Shown here in pieces: positions 10,446-19,958 of a stretch of 64,000 bases of DNA (the first letter of the stretch is position 1; every line of letters starts with the position of its first letter). The stretch spans positions 49,679 to 113,678 of IMG/VR virus record IMGVR_UViG_3300027782_000046. One strand, written 5' to 3'. The DNA comes from a virus. Lineage: Duplodnaviria > Caudoviricetes. A model generated the notes under the pieces. It searched no databases and was not told the origin of the DNA. It saw nothing but the letters and a program-made list of their open reading frames with translations. The translations under genes were made by a program, and so were the position numbers.

Positions 10446-11351
10446 AATAATTTTAATGTTACTGGTAATTGGTCTGCAACCAGTGCCGTATATATCGGAG
10501 CACCTACAGCCGTTGAATACTTAGTTGTTGCTGGTGGAGGCGGTGGTGGTGGATCTGCTGGTGGTGGTGGAGGCGCCGGCGGGTATCTTGCAAATACTGG
10601 ATATTCTGTAAATGTTTCTTCAGTTTATACTGTAACCGTGGGAGGTGGTGGAACAGCAGGTGGTGGCGGTTCTCCAGCATACCAAGGCACACAAGGAGGA
10701 AACGGCACCAATTCAGTATTTTCAAATATAACTAGCATTGGTGGCGGTGGCGGTGGCGCATCGGGCCCTGGAGGCGGGACCGTTGGTTTGCGAGTTGGTT
10801 TATCTGGTGGGTCAGGTGGAGGTGGCGCGGGGAATGATCAATCTGTTCAAGCTGCTGCATCTGGCACCGCCGGTCAAGGTAATAATGGTGGATCAAATGG
10901 CACAGTATCCTCCCCGTATCCAGCAGCCGGCGGCGGCGGAGCCGGTGCAGTGGGGGGAAATGGTTCTGGTAGTCAATCTGGTGCGGGAGGCGCAGGATTA
11001 TATTCCACTATTTCTGGAGCAAATGTTGCTTATGCCGGCGGCGGCGGTGGTGGCTCATCAATACAAGGCGCAGTACAAGGCGCTGGCGGTGTTGGCGGTG
11101 GCGGTGCTGGAGGTCAGACAGCTGTAAGTTCAGTAGCAGGTACTACAAATACCGGAGGAGGAGGCGGGGGTGGACAAAATACATCTGGAGCACCTTATAT
11201 TAATGGTGCCACAGGCGGTTCAGGTATCGTTATTATTCGATATGCAGATTCATATACTGCTGCTTCAAATACAACAGGTTCCCCTAATGTAACCGTTTCT
11301 GGCGGTTACCGAGTATACAAGTTCACAAGTTCTGGTTCAATAACTTTCTAA
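10434..11351 (+). CDS. Glycine-rich domain virion protein (array member, tagged)
   Basis: MFTFNNF tag; same conserved blocks. Confidence 0.85.
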   Translation: MFTFNNFNVTGNWSATSAVYIGAPTAVEYLVVAGGGGGGGSAGGGGGAGGYLANTGYSVNVSSVYTVTVGGGGTAGGGGSPAYQGTQGGNGTNSVFSNITSIGGGGGGASGPGGGTVGLRVGLSGGSGGGGAGNDQSVQAAASGTAGQGNNGGSNGTVSSPYPAAGGGGAGAVGGNGSGSQSGAGGAGLYSTISGANVAYAGGGGGGSSIQGAVQGAGGVGGGGAGGQTAVSSVAGTTNTGGGGGGGQNTSGAPYINGATGGSGIVIIRYADSYTAASNTTGSPNVTVSGGYRVYKFTSSGSITF

Positions 11352-11357
11352 ATAAAA

Positions 11358-12233
11358 ATGTTTACTTTTCAAAATTTTAGCACCAATGGGACTTTTTCTG
11401 TTGTAACTGGTTCTATACCGCCTGCAACTGTTGAATATTTAGTTGTTGCTGGTGGAGGCGGTGGCGGTGGTTCTGTTGCTGGTGGTGGAGGTGCTGGTGG
11501 TTTATTAACAGCCTCCAATTTATCTATTTCTCCTAGTATTGTGTATTCAATTAATATTGGCGCAGGAGGAGCAGGCGGCGCAAATAAATATTTTGGATCA
11601 AATGGTTCAAATTCTTATATTAGTGCAAGTGGAAGCAATCTTATTATTGCAGTAGGTGGTGGATACGGTTCGGCAGGTAATGATACCAATATAAATGGTG
11701 GGGCATGGAATGCTGGATCTGGCGGTTCTGGTGGTGGCGGTACAAATATTGTTGGAAGATTGGGAACTCCGGGTTCCGGCATTGCTGGTCAAGGTTATGC
11801 CGGCGGCGCCGGTTATAATAGTGGTTCAGCTGGTTATACTGGTGGTGGAGGCGGTGCAGGTGGCGTGGGAGTAGCTGGAGATGGAACCACTGCAGGCGCC
11901 GGCGGCCCTGGGGTATATTCTACAATATCCGGTTCAAATGTTGCTTACGCAGGTGGCGGCGGTGGCGGACAAAATGGTCTTGGCGGAGTAGGTGGAGGCG
12001 GAGTAGGTGGAGATACTGCACCAACCGCAGGTACTACAAATACAGGTGGCGGCGGCGGTGGTGGAAATGGATATGCGGCGGGCACAGGTCGAGCAGGAGG
12101 CTCTGGTATTATTATCATTCGTTATCCAGATTTTTATACTTCTGCAGCAAATACAACCGGTTCTCCTAATGTAACTGTTTCCGGTGGTTACAAGATATAC
12201 CAATTCACAAGTTCTGGCACAATAACTTTCTAA
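11358..12233 (+). CDS. Glycine-rich domain virion protein (array member, tagged)
   Basis: MFTFQNF tag; same conserved blocks. Confidence 0.85.
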   Translation: MFTFQNFSTNGTFSVVTGSIPPATVEYLVVAGGGGGGGSVAGGGGAGGLLTASNLSISPSIVYSINIGAGGAGGANKYFGSNGSNSYISASGSNLIIAVGGGYGSAGNDTNINGGAWNAGSGGSGGGGTNIVGRLGTPGSGIAGQGYAGGAGYNSGSAGYTGGGGGAGGVGVAGDGTTAGAGGPGVYSTISGSNVAYAGGGGGGQNGLGGVGGGGVGGDTAPTAGTTNTGGGGGGGNGYAAGTGRAGGSGIIIIRYPDFYTSAANTTGSPNVTVSGGYKIYQFTSSGTITF

Positions 12234-12239
12234 ATAAAA

Positions 12240-14255
12240 ATGTTTACTTTACAAAATCTATCTTCTACCGGAAATTTTTATATTACGCAAGTAAATATTC
12301 CGCAGCCATCTGACGTATACTTTAAGTACGTTACAATGTTGTTGCATGGTGACGGAACTAACGGCTCTCAAAATAATACGTTTATAGACTCCAGTACTAA
12401 TGCTTTTACTATTACTCGTAACGGCAATACCACGCAAGGTACGTTTAGTCCATATGATGCTAGCTGGTCTAATTACTTTAATGGCAGTAGCACTTATTTT
12501 ACAGTTCCAACTAATGCAAACTTGCATCTAGAAACTGCTTCAGTTTTTACAGTTGAAGCCTGGATATATCTTACAGGAATTGGTTCATCGCAATCAACTA
12601 TTGTTGGTAATAGAAGCGGTTTAAGCGTAAGTGGATGGGAATTTAGAGTTAGTACTTCACGAACCTTACAATTCTATTATACCGGCAATTCTGGAAGTAC
12701 CACAAATTCTACCGATGTATTAGCATACAATACTTGGTACCATGTTGCTTTAGTAAGAAACTCTGGAACCGTTCAGATTTTTATCAACGGAGCGCTATCC
12801 ATAACTAATAATTCCATTACAAACGGAACATTAAATTCAACTGCGCTTACTATTGGAGCTGAGGGATCTGACACTACATCCATATTTGCAGGATATATTT
12901 CAAATTTAAGAATTGTTAACGGCACGGCATTATATACAGCTGCCTTTACAGTCCCAACATCGCCATTAACTGCAATTACTAATACAGCATTACTCACTTG
13001 TCAATCAAATCAATTCATTGATAATAGTACAAACGCATTTACTATAACAACTACCGGTTTGCCTATAGTGCAAAGTTTTAGTCCGTTTGCTCCAACAACG
13101 GCATACAGTACTAGCGTTATTGGTGGATCTGCATACTTTGATGGTACAGGGGATTATTTGTCAATTCCAAATGCCGCCGCACTTCAATTTGGCACCGGTG
13201 ATTTTACAGCCGAGTATTGGGTATATTTTAATTCAACACCTAGCGGCACCTCTCAAATGCCTTTATCTAAATGGGCATCAAATACCGGTTGGGAACTTTA
13301 TTTTACCAGTAACACTAATAAATTTGCTTTTTATGCACTTGCTGGCACCCCAGCTATACTTGGCACAACATCACCTGTTGGAGGTGTATGGTATCATTTG
13401 GCGGTGTCACGAGCCAGCGGAACTATAAGACTTTTTGTTAATGGAACACAGGAAGGATCATCAGTTACTGGAAATACAAGTGATTTTAGTGATACTAATA
13501 CTTTATTTATTGGCAAAGAAAACAACACCACGGGTTTACCTTTTACCGGTTATGTCTCCAACCTTCGGATAGTCAAAGGCACAGCAGTCTATACAGCTAA
13601 TTTTACGCCTCCTACTGCTCCATTGACTGCAATAGCAAACACATCTTTACTATGTAATTTTACTAATGCGGCAGTTGTTGACAACTCGCAATTAAATAAT
13701 CTAGAGACAGTTGGTACTGTACAAATAAACACAAGTGTTGCAAAATTTGGCGCAGGGTCAATGTATTTTGATGGCAGTAGTTATTTAACCGGAAAAAGCA
13801 GCACAAATTTTAGTTTTACCGGAGATTTCACTATTGAATGTTGGGTTTATTTAACTACGGCCAGTGGAACAAAAACAATCTTTACAAACAGATCATCTTA
13901 TGCTAATCCAACCGGGCTTGCTTGGGTAACGCAATCTGGGTCTGCAGCATTATCAATCTATACAAATAGCGGATTTTCTGCAGCAAGCTCAACTGCTATT
14001 ACAACAAATACATGGACTCATGTTGCTCTTACAAGATCAGGAAGTACTATTACCCAATGGCTAAATGGTGTGAGCGTCGCTAACGTAACAAATAGCAGTT
14101 CTTTTACAGATGCTTTATGTTATATAGGTGCAAATAATTCTGCCGCAGAATATTGGCCAGGTTATATAGACGATTTCCGTATTACAAATGGTATCGCAAG
14201 ATATTCAAATACATTTACTGTACCAACAACAGTTTTCCCTGACATTGGACCATAG
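12240..14255 (+). CDS. Triple LamG/concanavalin A-like lectin domain protein (tagged)
   Basis: Three FT(V/A/I)ExW...W(Y/T)H(V/L)A..R.G....F.NG...GYISNLR/IDDFRIT units; MFTLQNL tag. Confidence 0.85.
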   Translation: MFTLQNLSSTGNFYITQVNIPQPSDVYFKYVTMLLHGDGTNGSQNNTFIDSSTNAFTITRNGNTTQGTFSPYDASWSNYFNGSSTYFTVPTNANLHLETASVFTVEAWIYLTGIGSSQSTIVGNRSGLSVSGWEFRVSTSRTLQFYYTGNSGSTTNSTDVLAYNTWYHVALVRNSGTVQIFINGALSITNNSITNGTLNSTALTIGAEGSDTTSIFAGYISNLRIVNGTALYTAAFTVPTSPLTAITNTALLTCQSNQFIDNSTNAFTITTTGLPIVQSFSPFAPTTAYSTSVIGGSAYFDGTGDYLSIPNAAALQFGTGDFTAEYWVYFNSTPSGTSQMPLSKWASNTGWELYFTSNTNKFAFYALAGTPAILGTTSPVGGVWYHLAVSRASGTIRLFVNGTQEGSSVTGNTSDFSDTNTLFIGKENNTTGLPFTGYVSNLRIVKGTAVYTANFTPPTAPLTAIANTSLLCNFTNAAVVDNSQLNNLETVGTVQINTSVAKFGAGSMYFDGSSYLTGKSSTNFSFTGDFTIECWVYLTTASGTKTIFTNRSSYANPTGLAWVTQSGSAALSIYTNSGFSAASSTAITTNTWTHVALTRSGSTITQWLNGVSVANVTNSSSFTDALCYIGANNSAAEYWPGYIDDFRITNGIARYSNTFTVPTTVFPDIGP

Positions 14256-14256
14256 T

Positions 14257-16284
14257 ATGTTCACTATACAAAATCTTAATATTGGTGGTGTTTCTGGATA
14301 TGCAGCCGAACTGCCAACTGATACTTACTTTAATTATGTTACTTTGCTTTTACATGGTGACGGGACTAACAGCACCCAAAACAATACGTTTATAGACTCC
14401 AGCAGCAATGCGTTTACTGTCTCTCGCACTGGCAGCGCAACGCAAGGCAGCTTTAGCCCGTTTGGGCCTGATTGGAGTAATTATTTTAATGGTACAAGCG
14501 GTTATTTAAACGCAAGCGCAAATGATGTTTTTGCTTTTGGCACGGGGTCTTTCACTGTAGAAGCATGGGTAAATTTATCAATATTGCAAGACACTTTGTT
14601 ATTTGATACCAGAACATCCGCTGCAACTACTGGAATCGGATTTCAAATTAATTCATCTGGTGTTCTTTGTTATATTCAATCAACAAGTACATCATTAGCA
14701 ACAACTGCGTTAACTGTAAATACATGGAATCATGTTGCTTGGGTTTATAATGGCACATCAGTTACTGGGTACGTTAACGGAGTTGCAGGCACTTCATCAA
14801 CTATTTCTTTAAATATAACGCAAAATAATTCTTCTATTGGTCGTTCCGGCGTATCCTCGGCTAGTTTTATTGCTGGATATATATCCAATTTGCGAGTTGT
14901 TAAAGGAACAGCAGTTTACACCGCAGCTTTTACACCTCCTACAGCGCCATTAACAGCAATAACCAATACGTCTTTACTCACTTGCCAATCAAATCGTTTT
15001 ATTGACAATAGCACAAACGCTTTTGCCATAACAATTGCTGGTTCCCCATCCATTCAGCGTTTTAGCCCGTTTAGTATGGGGTCGGCGTATTCTACTTCTG
15101 TAATTAGCGGCAGCGGTTATTTTAATGGTAGCACTGATTCTTTAACTGTTCCAGCTAATACAGCATTTGCTTTTGGGCAAGGTGATTTTGCGGTTCAAAT
15201 GTGGATATATCCTACAGCAACAATAACTAGCCCCGCCAATATTGGATTATTTTATATAGAACAAACAAACGGATTGGTTGTTGGTTTGGTTAATGGTTAT
15301 ATTGCGATGGGTTTAAGAACAATTGGATACGATTTAACATCAACTTATATACCACCTTTAAACACTTGGACTCATATTGCTGTAACTAGATCAGGAGCAA
15401 CTGCGTACATTTTTGCAAATGGTGTTTTAGTAGGTACGGTAACGGCCCCTGGAGGAAATCCGGCCAATAACTCTAATTACCTTTGTACAACTGGATTACC
15501 TACTATTGCTGGAAATTATGCTGGCGGTGCAGGATTTGGTTATTTTCCTGGATACATATCTAATATTCAAGTAGTTAAAGGTACAGCAGTTTATACATCT
15601 GCTTTTACTCCGCCTACTTCCCCAGCAACAGCAATCACAAATACATCACTTCTGCTTAACTACGTCAACGGCGGCATTTACGACAATGCCATGCAGAACA
15701 ATTTAATAACCGTTGGTAATGCTCAGATTAGCACCACGCAATCTAAATTTGGCGGGGCTTCAATGTATTTTGATGGTTCTGGTGATTATTTGGTTACGAA
15801 CATTCCATCAAATAATGTATATACTTTTGGTTCGGGTGATTTTACTATTGAGTTTTGGTTATATTCTGTTAATTTTTCCAGCCCAGTTAATTTGCAAATA
15901 GTTGTTGATTTTAGGCCAACAAGCACGGATGGTCTATATCCTTGTATATATTTTACAAGTGGTCAAATTTTTTATTATGTTTCTTCAACTAATGTAATTA
16001 CAGGAACAACTTTAAGCTCAAGTCAGTGGTACCACATTGCTTTAAGCCGTTCTGGAACAAATACTAAATTGTTTGTAAATGGTACGCAAGTTGGTTCCAC
16101 GTACACAGATTCAAATAATTATTTATGTGGGCTTAATAGGCCTGCAATTGGATGTAGGGGTTTTTTGTTGGGTGAAAATAGTTACAATGGTTATATAGAC
16201 GATCTGCGTATCACCAAAGGATACGCCCGCTATACCGCTAACTTCACTGCACCAACAGCGGCTTTACCCGATATCGGACCATAG
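14257..16284 (+). CDS. Triple LamG/concanavalin A-like lectin domain protein (tagged), paralog of 12240
   Basis: Start moved from 14188 to the ATG at 14257 (MFTIQNL tag, 1 nt after the previous stop). Same LLHGDG...PDIGP* architecture. Confidence 0.85.
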   Translation: MFTIQNLNIGGVSGYAAELPTDTYFNYVTLLLHGDGTNSTQNNTFIDSSSNAFTVSRTGSATQGSFSPFGPDWSNYFNGTSGYLNASANDVFAFGTGSFTVEAWVNLSILQDTLLFDTRTSAATTGIGFQINSSGVLCYIQSTSTSLATTALTVNTWNHVAWVYNGTSVTGYVNGVAGTSSTISLNITQNNSSIGRSGVSSASFIAGYISNLRVVKGTAVYTAAFTPPTAPLTAITNTSLLTCQSNRFIDNSTNAFAITIAGSPSIQRFSPFSMGSAYSTSVISGSGYFNGSTDSLTVPANTAFAFGQGDFAVQMWIYPTATITSPANIGLFYIEQTNGLVVGLVNGYIAMGLRTIGYDLTSTYIPPLNTWTHIAVTRSGATAYIFANGVLVGTVTAPGGNPANNSNYLCTTGLPTIAGNYAGGAGFGYFPGYISNIQVVKGTAVYTSAFTPPTSPATAITNTSLLLNYVNGGIYDNAMQNNLITVGNAQISTTQSKFGGASMYFDGSGDYLVTNIPSNNVYTFGSGDFTIEFWLYSVNFSSPVNLQIVVDFRPTSTDGLYPCIYFTSGQIFYYVSSTNVITGTTLSSSQWYHIALSRSGTNTKLFVNGTQVGSTYTDSNNYLCGLNRPAIGCRGFLLGENSYNGYIDDLRITKGYARYTANFTAPTAALPDIGP

Positions 16285-16299
16285 AATGTTTTCTTTTCC

Positions 16300-17205
16300 A
16301 TGTTAACAATACAAAATTTTAATCTTAGTGGCGCAATGAGCTTTAACAATGTTTCTGGCGCATTACCAATTCCACCTACAGTGACATATATTTTAGTTGC
16401 GGGCGGGGGATCTGGTGGTACTGGAAATTATTCTGGTGGCGGTGGTGCCGGCGGGTTACTATCAAATACATTCTCAACAAGTGGCGGTGTAACATATTCT
16501 ATCACGGTTGGGGCTGGCGGCGGAACTGCTGCAAGCGGCGGAAATAGTGCAATATCCGGAACAAATATTACAACCGTCACTGCAGTTGGTGGCGGCCGAG
16601 GTTCGGGTGGTTATGGTAGTTTTGCCGGAGCAGCTGGTGGTTCTGGTGGAGGCGGTGGCGCAGGCGGCGGTGGGCCTGGCGCAGGTACAACAGGCCAAGG
16701 TAATGCTGGAGGATCTGCTGCTACAGGCGGCAACTATTCTGGAGGCGGCGGCGGGGGGTATGGTGCCGCAGGCAGTAATGCAGCCGACGGTGTAGGCGGC
16801 AATGGCGGTGTAGGTACAAGCACATACAGTTCATGGTTGTCTGATACTAATTTGGGGCACAATGTTAGCGGTACTAGATATCTTGCAGGTGGCGGTGGCG
16901 GGGCCATTGAGAGAGCATATGGCACACCCGGTTCGGGTGGCGCTGGCGGCGGTGGCGCGGGAACACTTGGAGGAGGAGCTGCAACTTCAGCAAGTACAGG
17001 CATTATAAATACAGGTGGAGGCGGTGGCGCTTGGACTGCTTATGGCGGAACCCAATATTCATATTTTAATGGTGGATCTGGCGTTGCTATTATTAGATAT
17101 TCAGATAGTTACCGAGTAGCAACAACTACCGGCAATGTATCTTATATAGCAAATAATGGCTATCGTTACTATGCATTTTTTGATTCCGGATCTTTAACTT
17201 GGTAA
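16300..17205 (+). CDS. Glycine-rich domain virion protein (array member, tagged)
   Basis: MLTIQNF tag; YILVAGGG; GGSGVAIIRY; FDSGSLTW*. Confidence 0.85.
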   Translation: MLTIQNFNLSGAMSFNNVSGALPIPPTVTYILVAGGGSGGTGNYSGGGGAGGLLSNTFSTSGGVTYSITVGAGGGTAASGGNSAISGTNITTVTAVGGGRGSGGYGSFAGAAGGSGGGGGAGGGGPGAGTTGQGNAGGSAATGGNYSGGGGGGYGAAGSNAADGVGGNGGVGTSTYSSWLSDTNLGHNVSGTRYLAGGGGGAIERAYGTPGSGGAGGGGAGTLGGGAATSASTGIINTGGGGGAWTAYGGTQYSYFNGGSGVAIIRYSDSYRVATTTGNVSYIANNGYRYYAFFDSGSLTW

Positions 17206-17210
17206 TTTAA

Positions 17211-18395
17211 ATGGCTGGTATAAACTATAGAGTTTTAGGACAAGTAAACCCAACTAACGGGGTAACTACTGCACTATATACTGTTCCAAATAATTACTCT
17301 ACACGAGTAACAACTCTTGCCGTTTGCAACTATTCAAATGCAGCAACAAGATTTAGTATTGCTGTCCAACCATCAAATGCAACAATTGCGGCAAATAGTT
17401 ATTTAAATTATAATACATGGGCACCTGCATATGATACTACTTTGTTACATACAGGAGTATCATTAAATGATTCGGACGTTATTTCCGTAGTCACAAATGG
17501 TTCATCTAATGTCAACTACACCCTCTTTGGATTTGAAACATCGAAAGATATGCCAACATTATCAAGTGTAGAATATTTGGTAATTGCCGGTGGCGGCGGT
17601 GGCGGTGACGGCCCAGGAGGATATGGCGGCGGTGGTGGTGGAGCCGGTGGATTTAGAACAGGCAATACCCAAATACAAACAAATGCAAATCTTGTTGTTG
17701 TAATTGGCGCAGGCGGTACTAATAGTACGAACGGCAGCAATTCATATATTCTTGGCGGAAATCCTGCAGCAGGATATGTTATAAATCTAATATCTGTAGG
17801 CGGTGGCCGAGGCGCAAGTTATAGTGGTTCAGTTATACCTGCCGGTTCTGGTGGTTCTGGCGGCGGCGGCACAAATCTTAATGGCGATGCAGGTGGTACT
17901 GGTATTGCAGGCCAAGGATTTGCTGGCGGGCAAGGCGGCGGGCAGGCAACATACTATAACAACGGCGGTGGCGGCGGAGGTGCTAGTGCGGTTGGTACCG
18001 GCGGATCGTATGATGGTACTGGCGGCGCAGGCGCATATTCTGCAATAACAGGAACAAATATTGCCTACGCCGGCGGTGGCGGAGGTGGAACAAACTGGGG
18101 CCCTAGTACAGGGGGCAGAGTAAGTTATGGTGGTGTCGGTGGTGGCGGCCAAGGCACAGCCTATGGTACATTCTCGCAGAATTCACCAACTGCAGGTACA
18201 ACAAATACCGGTAGTGGAGGAGGCGGAGGTGGTTCGGGTACAACTGGAGGTTATGGAGGTTCAGGTATAGTTATAGTTCGTTATCCAACATATTATAGTG
18301 CAGCAACAACAACAGGATCGCCAAATGTAACAATTAGTGGCGGTTATAGGATTTATAGATTCTGGCAAACCGGCTCAATTAATTTTAATAAATAG
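17211..18395 (+). CDS. KVLGQ adaptor-like domain fused to a glycine-rich domain (array member)
   Basis: YRVLGQ...YTLFGFE N-terminal domain followed by a VEYLVIAGGG domain. Confidence 0.8.
   Translation: MAGINYRVLGQVNPTNGVTTALYTVPNNYSTRVTTLAVCNYSNAATRFSIAVQPSNATIAANSYLNYNTWAPAYDTTLLHTGVSLNDSDVISVVTNGSSNVNYTLFGFETSKDMPTLSSVEYLVIAGGGGGGDGPGGYGGGGGGAGGFRTGNTQIQTNANLVVVIGAGGTNSTNGSNSYILGGNPAAGYVINLISVGGGRGASYSGSVIPAGSGGSGGGGTNLNGDAGGTGIAGQGFAGGQGGGQATYYNNGGGGGGASAVGTGGSYDGTGGAGAYSAITGTNIAYAGGGGGGTNWGPSTGGRVSYGGVGGGGQGTAYGTFSQNSPTAGTTNTGSGGGGGGSGTTGGYGGSGIVIVRYPTYYSAATTTGSPNVTISGGYRIYRFWQTGSINFNK
18388..18394 (+). promoter_or_regulatory. Possible T4-like late promoter (ATAAATA)
   Basis: ATAAATA ~35 nt upstream of the GGAG RBS and ATG at 18430. 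Confidence 0.4.
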
Positions 18396-18429
18396 TCGGT
18401 TATCAATTAATTTATCACAAGGAGATAAA

Positions 18430-18783
18430 ATGTCGCATTTTGCAAAAGTAGAAGATGGTATTGTAACACAAGTAATCGTAGTAGAGCAAGACGTTATTAA
18501 TACTGGTTTATTCGGAGACCCATCATCTTGGGTACAAACATCATATAACACATACGGTGGCGAGCATCGTAATGGTGGCACACCTTTGCGTAAAAATTAC
18601 GCAGGTATTGGTTACACTTATGATTCTCAAAGAGACGCATTTATTGCGCCTAAACCATTCGCAAGCTGGGTTCTAGATGAGAACACTTGCCTTTGGAACG
18701 CACCTGTTACTATGCCTACAGAAGGCGGACCATACAGATGGGATGAGGAAACAACTAATTGGGTTGCAATTACTACTGAGTAA
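18430..18783 (+). CDS. Small protein associated with fibre/adhesin modules (possible assembly chaperone)
   Basis: AGGAG RBS, then MSHFAKVEDG...WVQTSYN...RKNYAGIGYTYD..RDAFIAPKP..SW. Start moved from 18337. Function is inferred from position only. Confidence 0.7.
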   Translation: MSHFAKVEDGIVTQVIVVEQDVINTGLFGDPSSWVQTSYNTYGGEHRNGGTPLRKNYAGIGYTYDSQRDAFIAPKPFASWVLDENTCLWNAPVTMPTEGGPYRWDEETTNWVAITTE

Positions 18784-18794
18784 AGAGAAAGCAT

Positions 18795-19127
18795 ATGGCA
18801 ATAACGTATAAAGTTTTGGGGCAAGCATCCCCAGCTGCAACTACAAATACTGCACTGTATACTGTACCGGCATATATGGCTGCGGCCACATCTACGTTAT
18901 CCATATGCAATCAAAATGCAACTGATGCAAGATTTCGTGTAGCGGTACAGGCAGGAAATGCGTCGATACAATTTAAACATTATATCGCATATGATACACT
19001 TTTACCCGCATATGAAACCATTTCATTAACTATAGGAATGACATTGGCAACTACAGATGTGGTTACCGTGTATGCAAATACAACCAATATTAGTTTTAAT
19101 TTATTTGGGTCAGAGATTAATACATGA
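18795..19127 (+). CDS. Stand-alone KVLGQ adaptor-like domain protein
   Basis: MAITYKVLGQ...FNLFGSEI; homologous to the N-termini of 6471 and 17211. Confidence 0.8.
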   Translation: MAITYKVLGQASPAATTNTALYTVPAYMAAATSTLSICNQNATDARFRVAVQAGNASIQFKHYIAYDTLLPAYETISLTIGMTLATTDVVTVYANTTNISFNLFGSEINT

Positions 19128-19954
19128 CCTTAAGACGATTTAGTACTACTAAAGTTAGCCGGTCCCGATCTTTTTCGACGTCCGGCACAACTACTAGTAA
19201 TAACGTAAGTCGTCAGATGAGAATAGATTATTTAATTGTTGCAGGTGGTGGTGGCGGAGGTGGATCTCCGGGTACCGACTCAGACAGAGATGGCGGAGGT
19301 GGTGCTGGCGGTCTTGTTATGGGATCCGTTGCTGCCAGTAAATTTGGAATAGGTACGGCGATATCTATACAAGTTGGAACTGCAGGATCAACATCAACCT
19401 CTCCAACTGCAGGCGGTAATAGTTATTTAGGACCTGTGATTGCATATGGTGGAGGAACTGGTGGATATTTTGGTGCAAATGCTGGTGCTGGCGGTTCTGG
19501 AGGCGGTTCTGGAAGAAACTCAAGTCCTGCAGGAAAAACTCAAATAAGTTATCCGGAATATGGTGGGACTGGATTTGGTAACGCAGGCGGCGGCCAAGGA
19601 GATGGAATATTTGCATCTTCCGCAGGTGGTGGTGGGGGTGCTTTAGGTCCTGGTGGATTTTCTGGTGGCAATTCTGGTGGTTTAGGAATGGTATCAACTA
19701 TTACTGGATCTGCAGTAACATATGCAAGCGGAGGCAGGGCAGGATCATTAATAACATATCCAACAAATACTGGTTCTGGGGGTAGTGTCCAACCATATGG
19801 TGGCACGACTCAACCAACAGATGGTATTGTGATAGTAAGACATTTGGCATCGTACCCTCAAGCAACAACTACTGGTTCTCCAACAATAACAATATATGGT
19901 AATTATATAATTTACACGTTTACGAGTTCTGGCTCAATAACATTCCCGGGATAG
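19124..19954 (+). CDS. Glycine-rich domain virion protein with a basic N-terminus (array member, different leader)
   Basis: ATGA overlap with 18795; MTLRRFSTTK leader; DYLIVAGGG; YTFTSSGSITF. Confidence 0.8.
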   Translation: MTLRRFSTTKVSRSRSFSTSGTTTSNNVSRQMRIDYLIVAGGGGGGGSPGTDSDRDGGGGAGGLVMGSVAASKFGIGTAISIQVGTAGSTSTSPTAGGNSYLGPVIAYGGGTGGYFGANAGAGGSGGGSGRNSSPAGKTQISYPEYGGTGFGNAGGGQGDGIFASSAGGGGGALGPGGFSGGNSGGLGMVSTITGSAVTYASGGRAGSLITYPTNTGSGGSVQPYGGTTQPTDGIVIVRHLASYPQATTTGSPTITIYGNYIIYTFTSSGSITFPG

Positions 19955-19958
19955 AATA

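Noticed and set aside
14188-14256. ORF-track N-terminal extensions (also at 18337, 31906, 52554, 59735 and 63503)
   Set aside because: They overlap upstream genes or run through promoters. Downstream ATGs with the family tag, an RBS or stop-start coupling are better supported.
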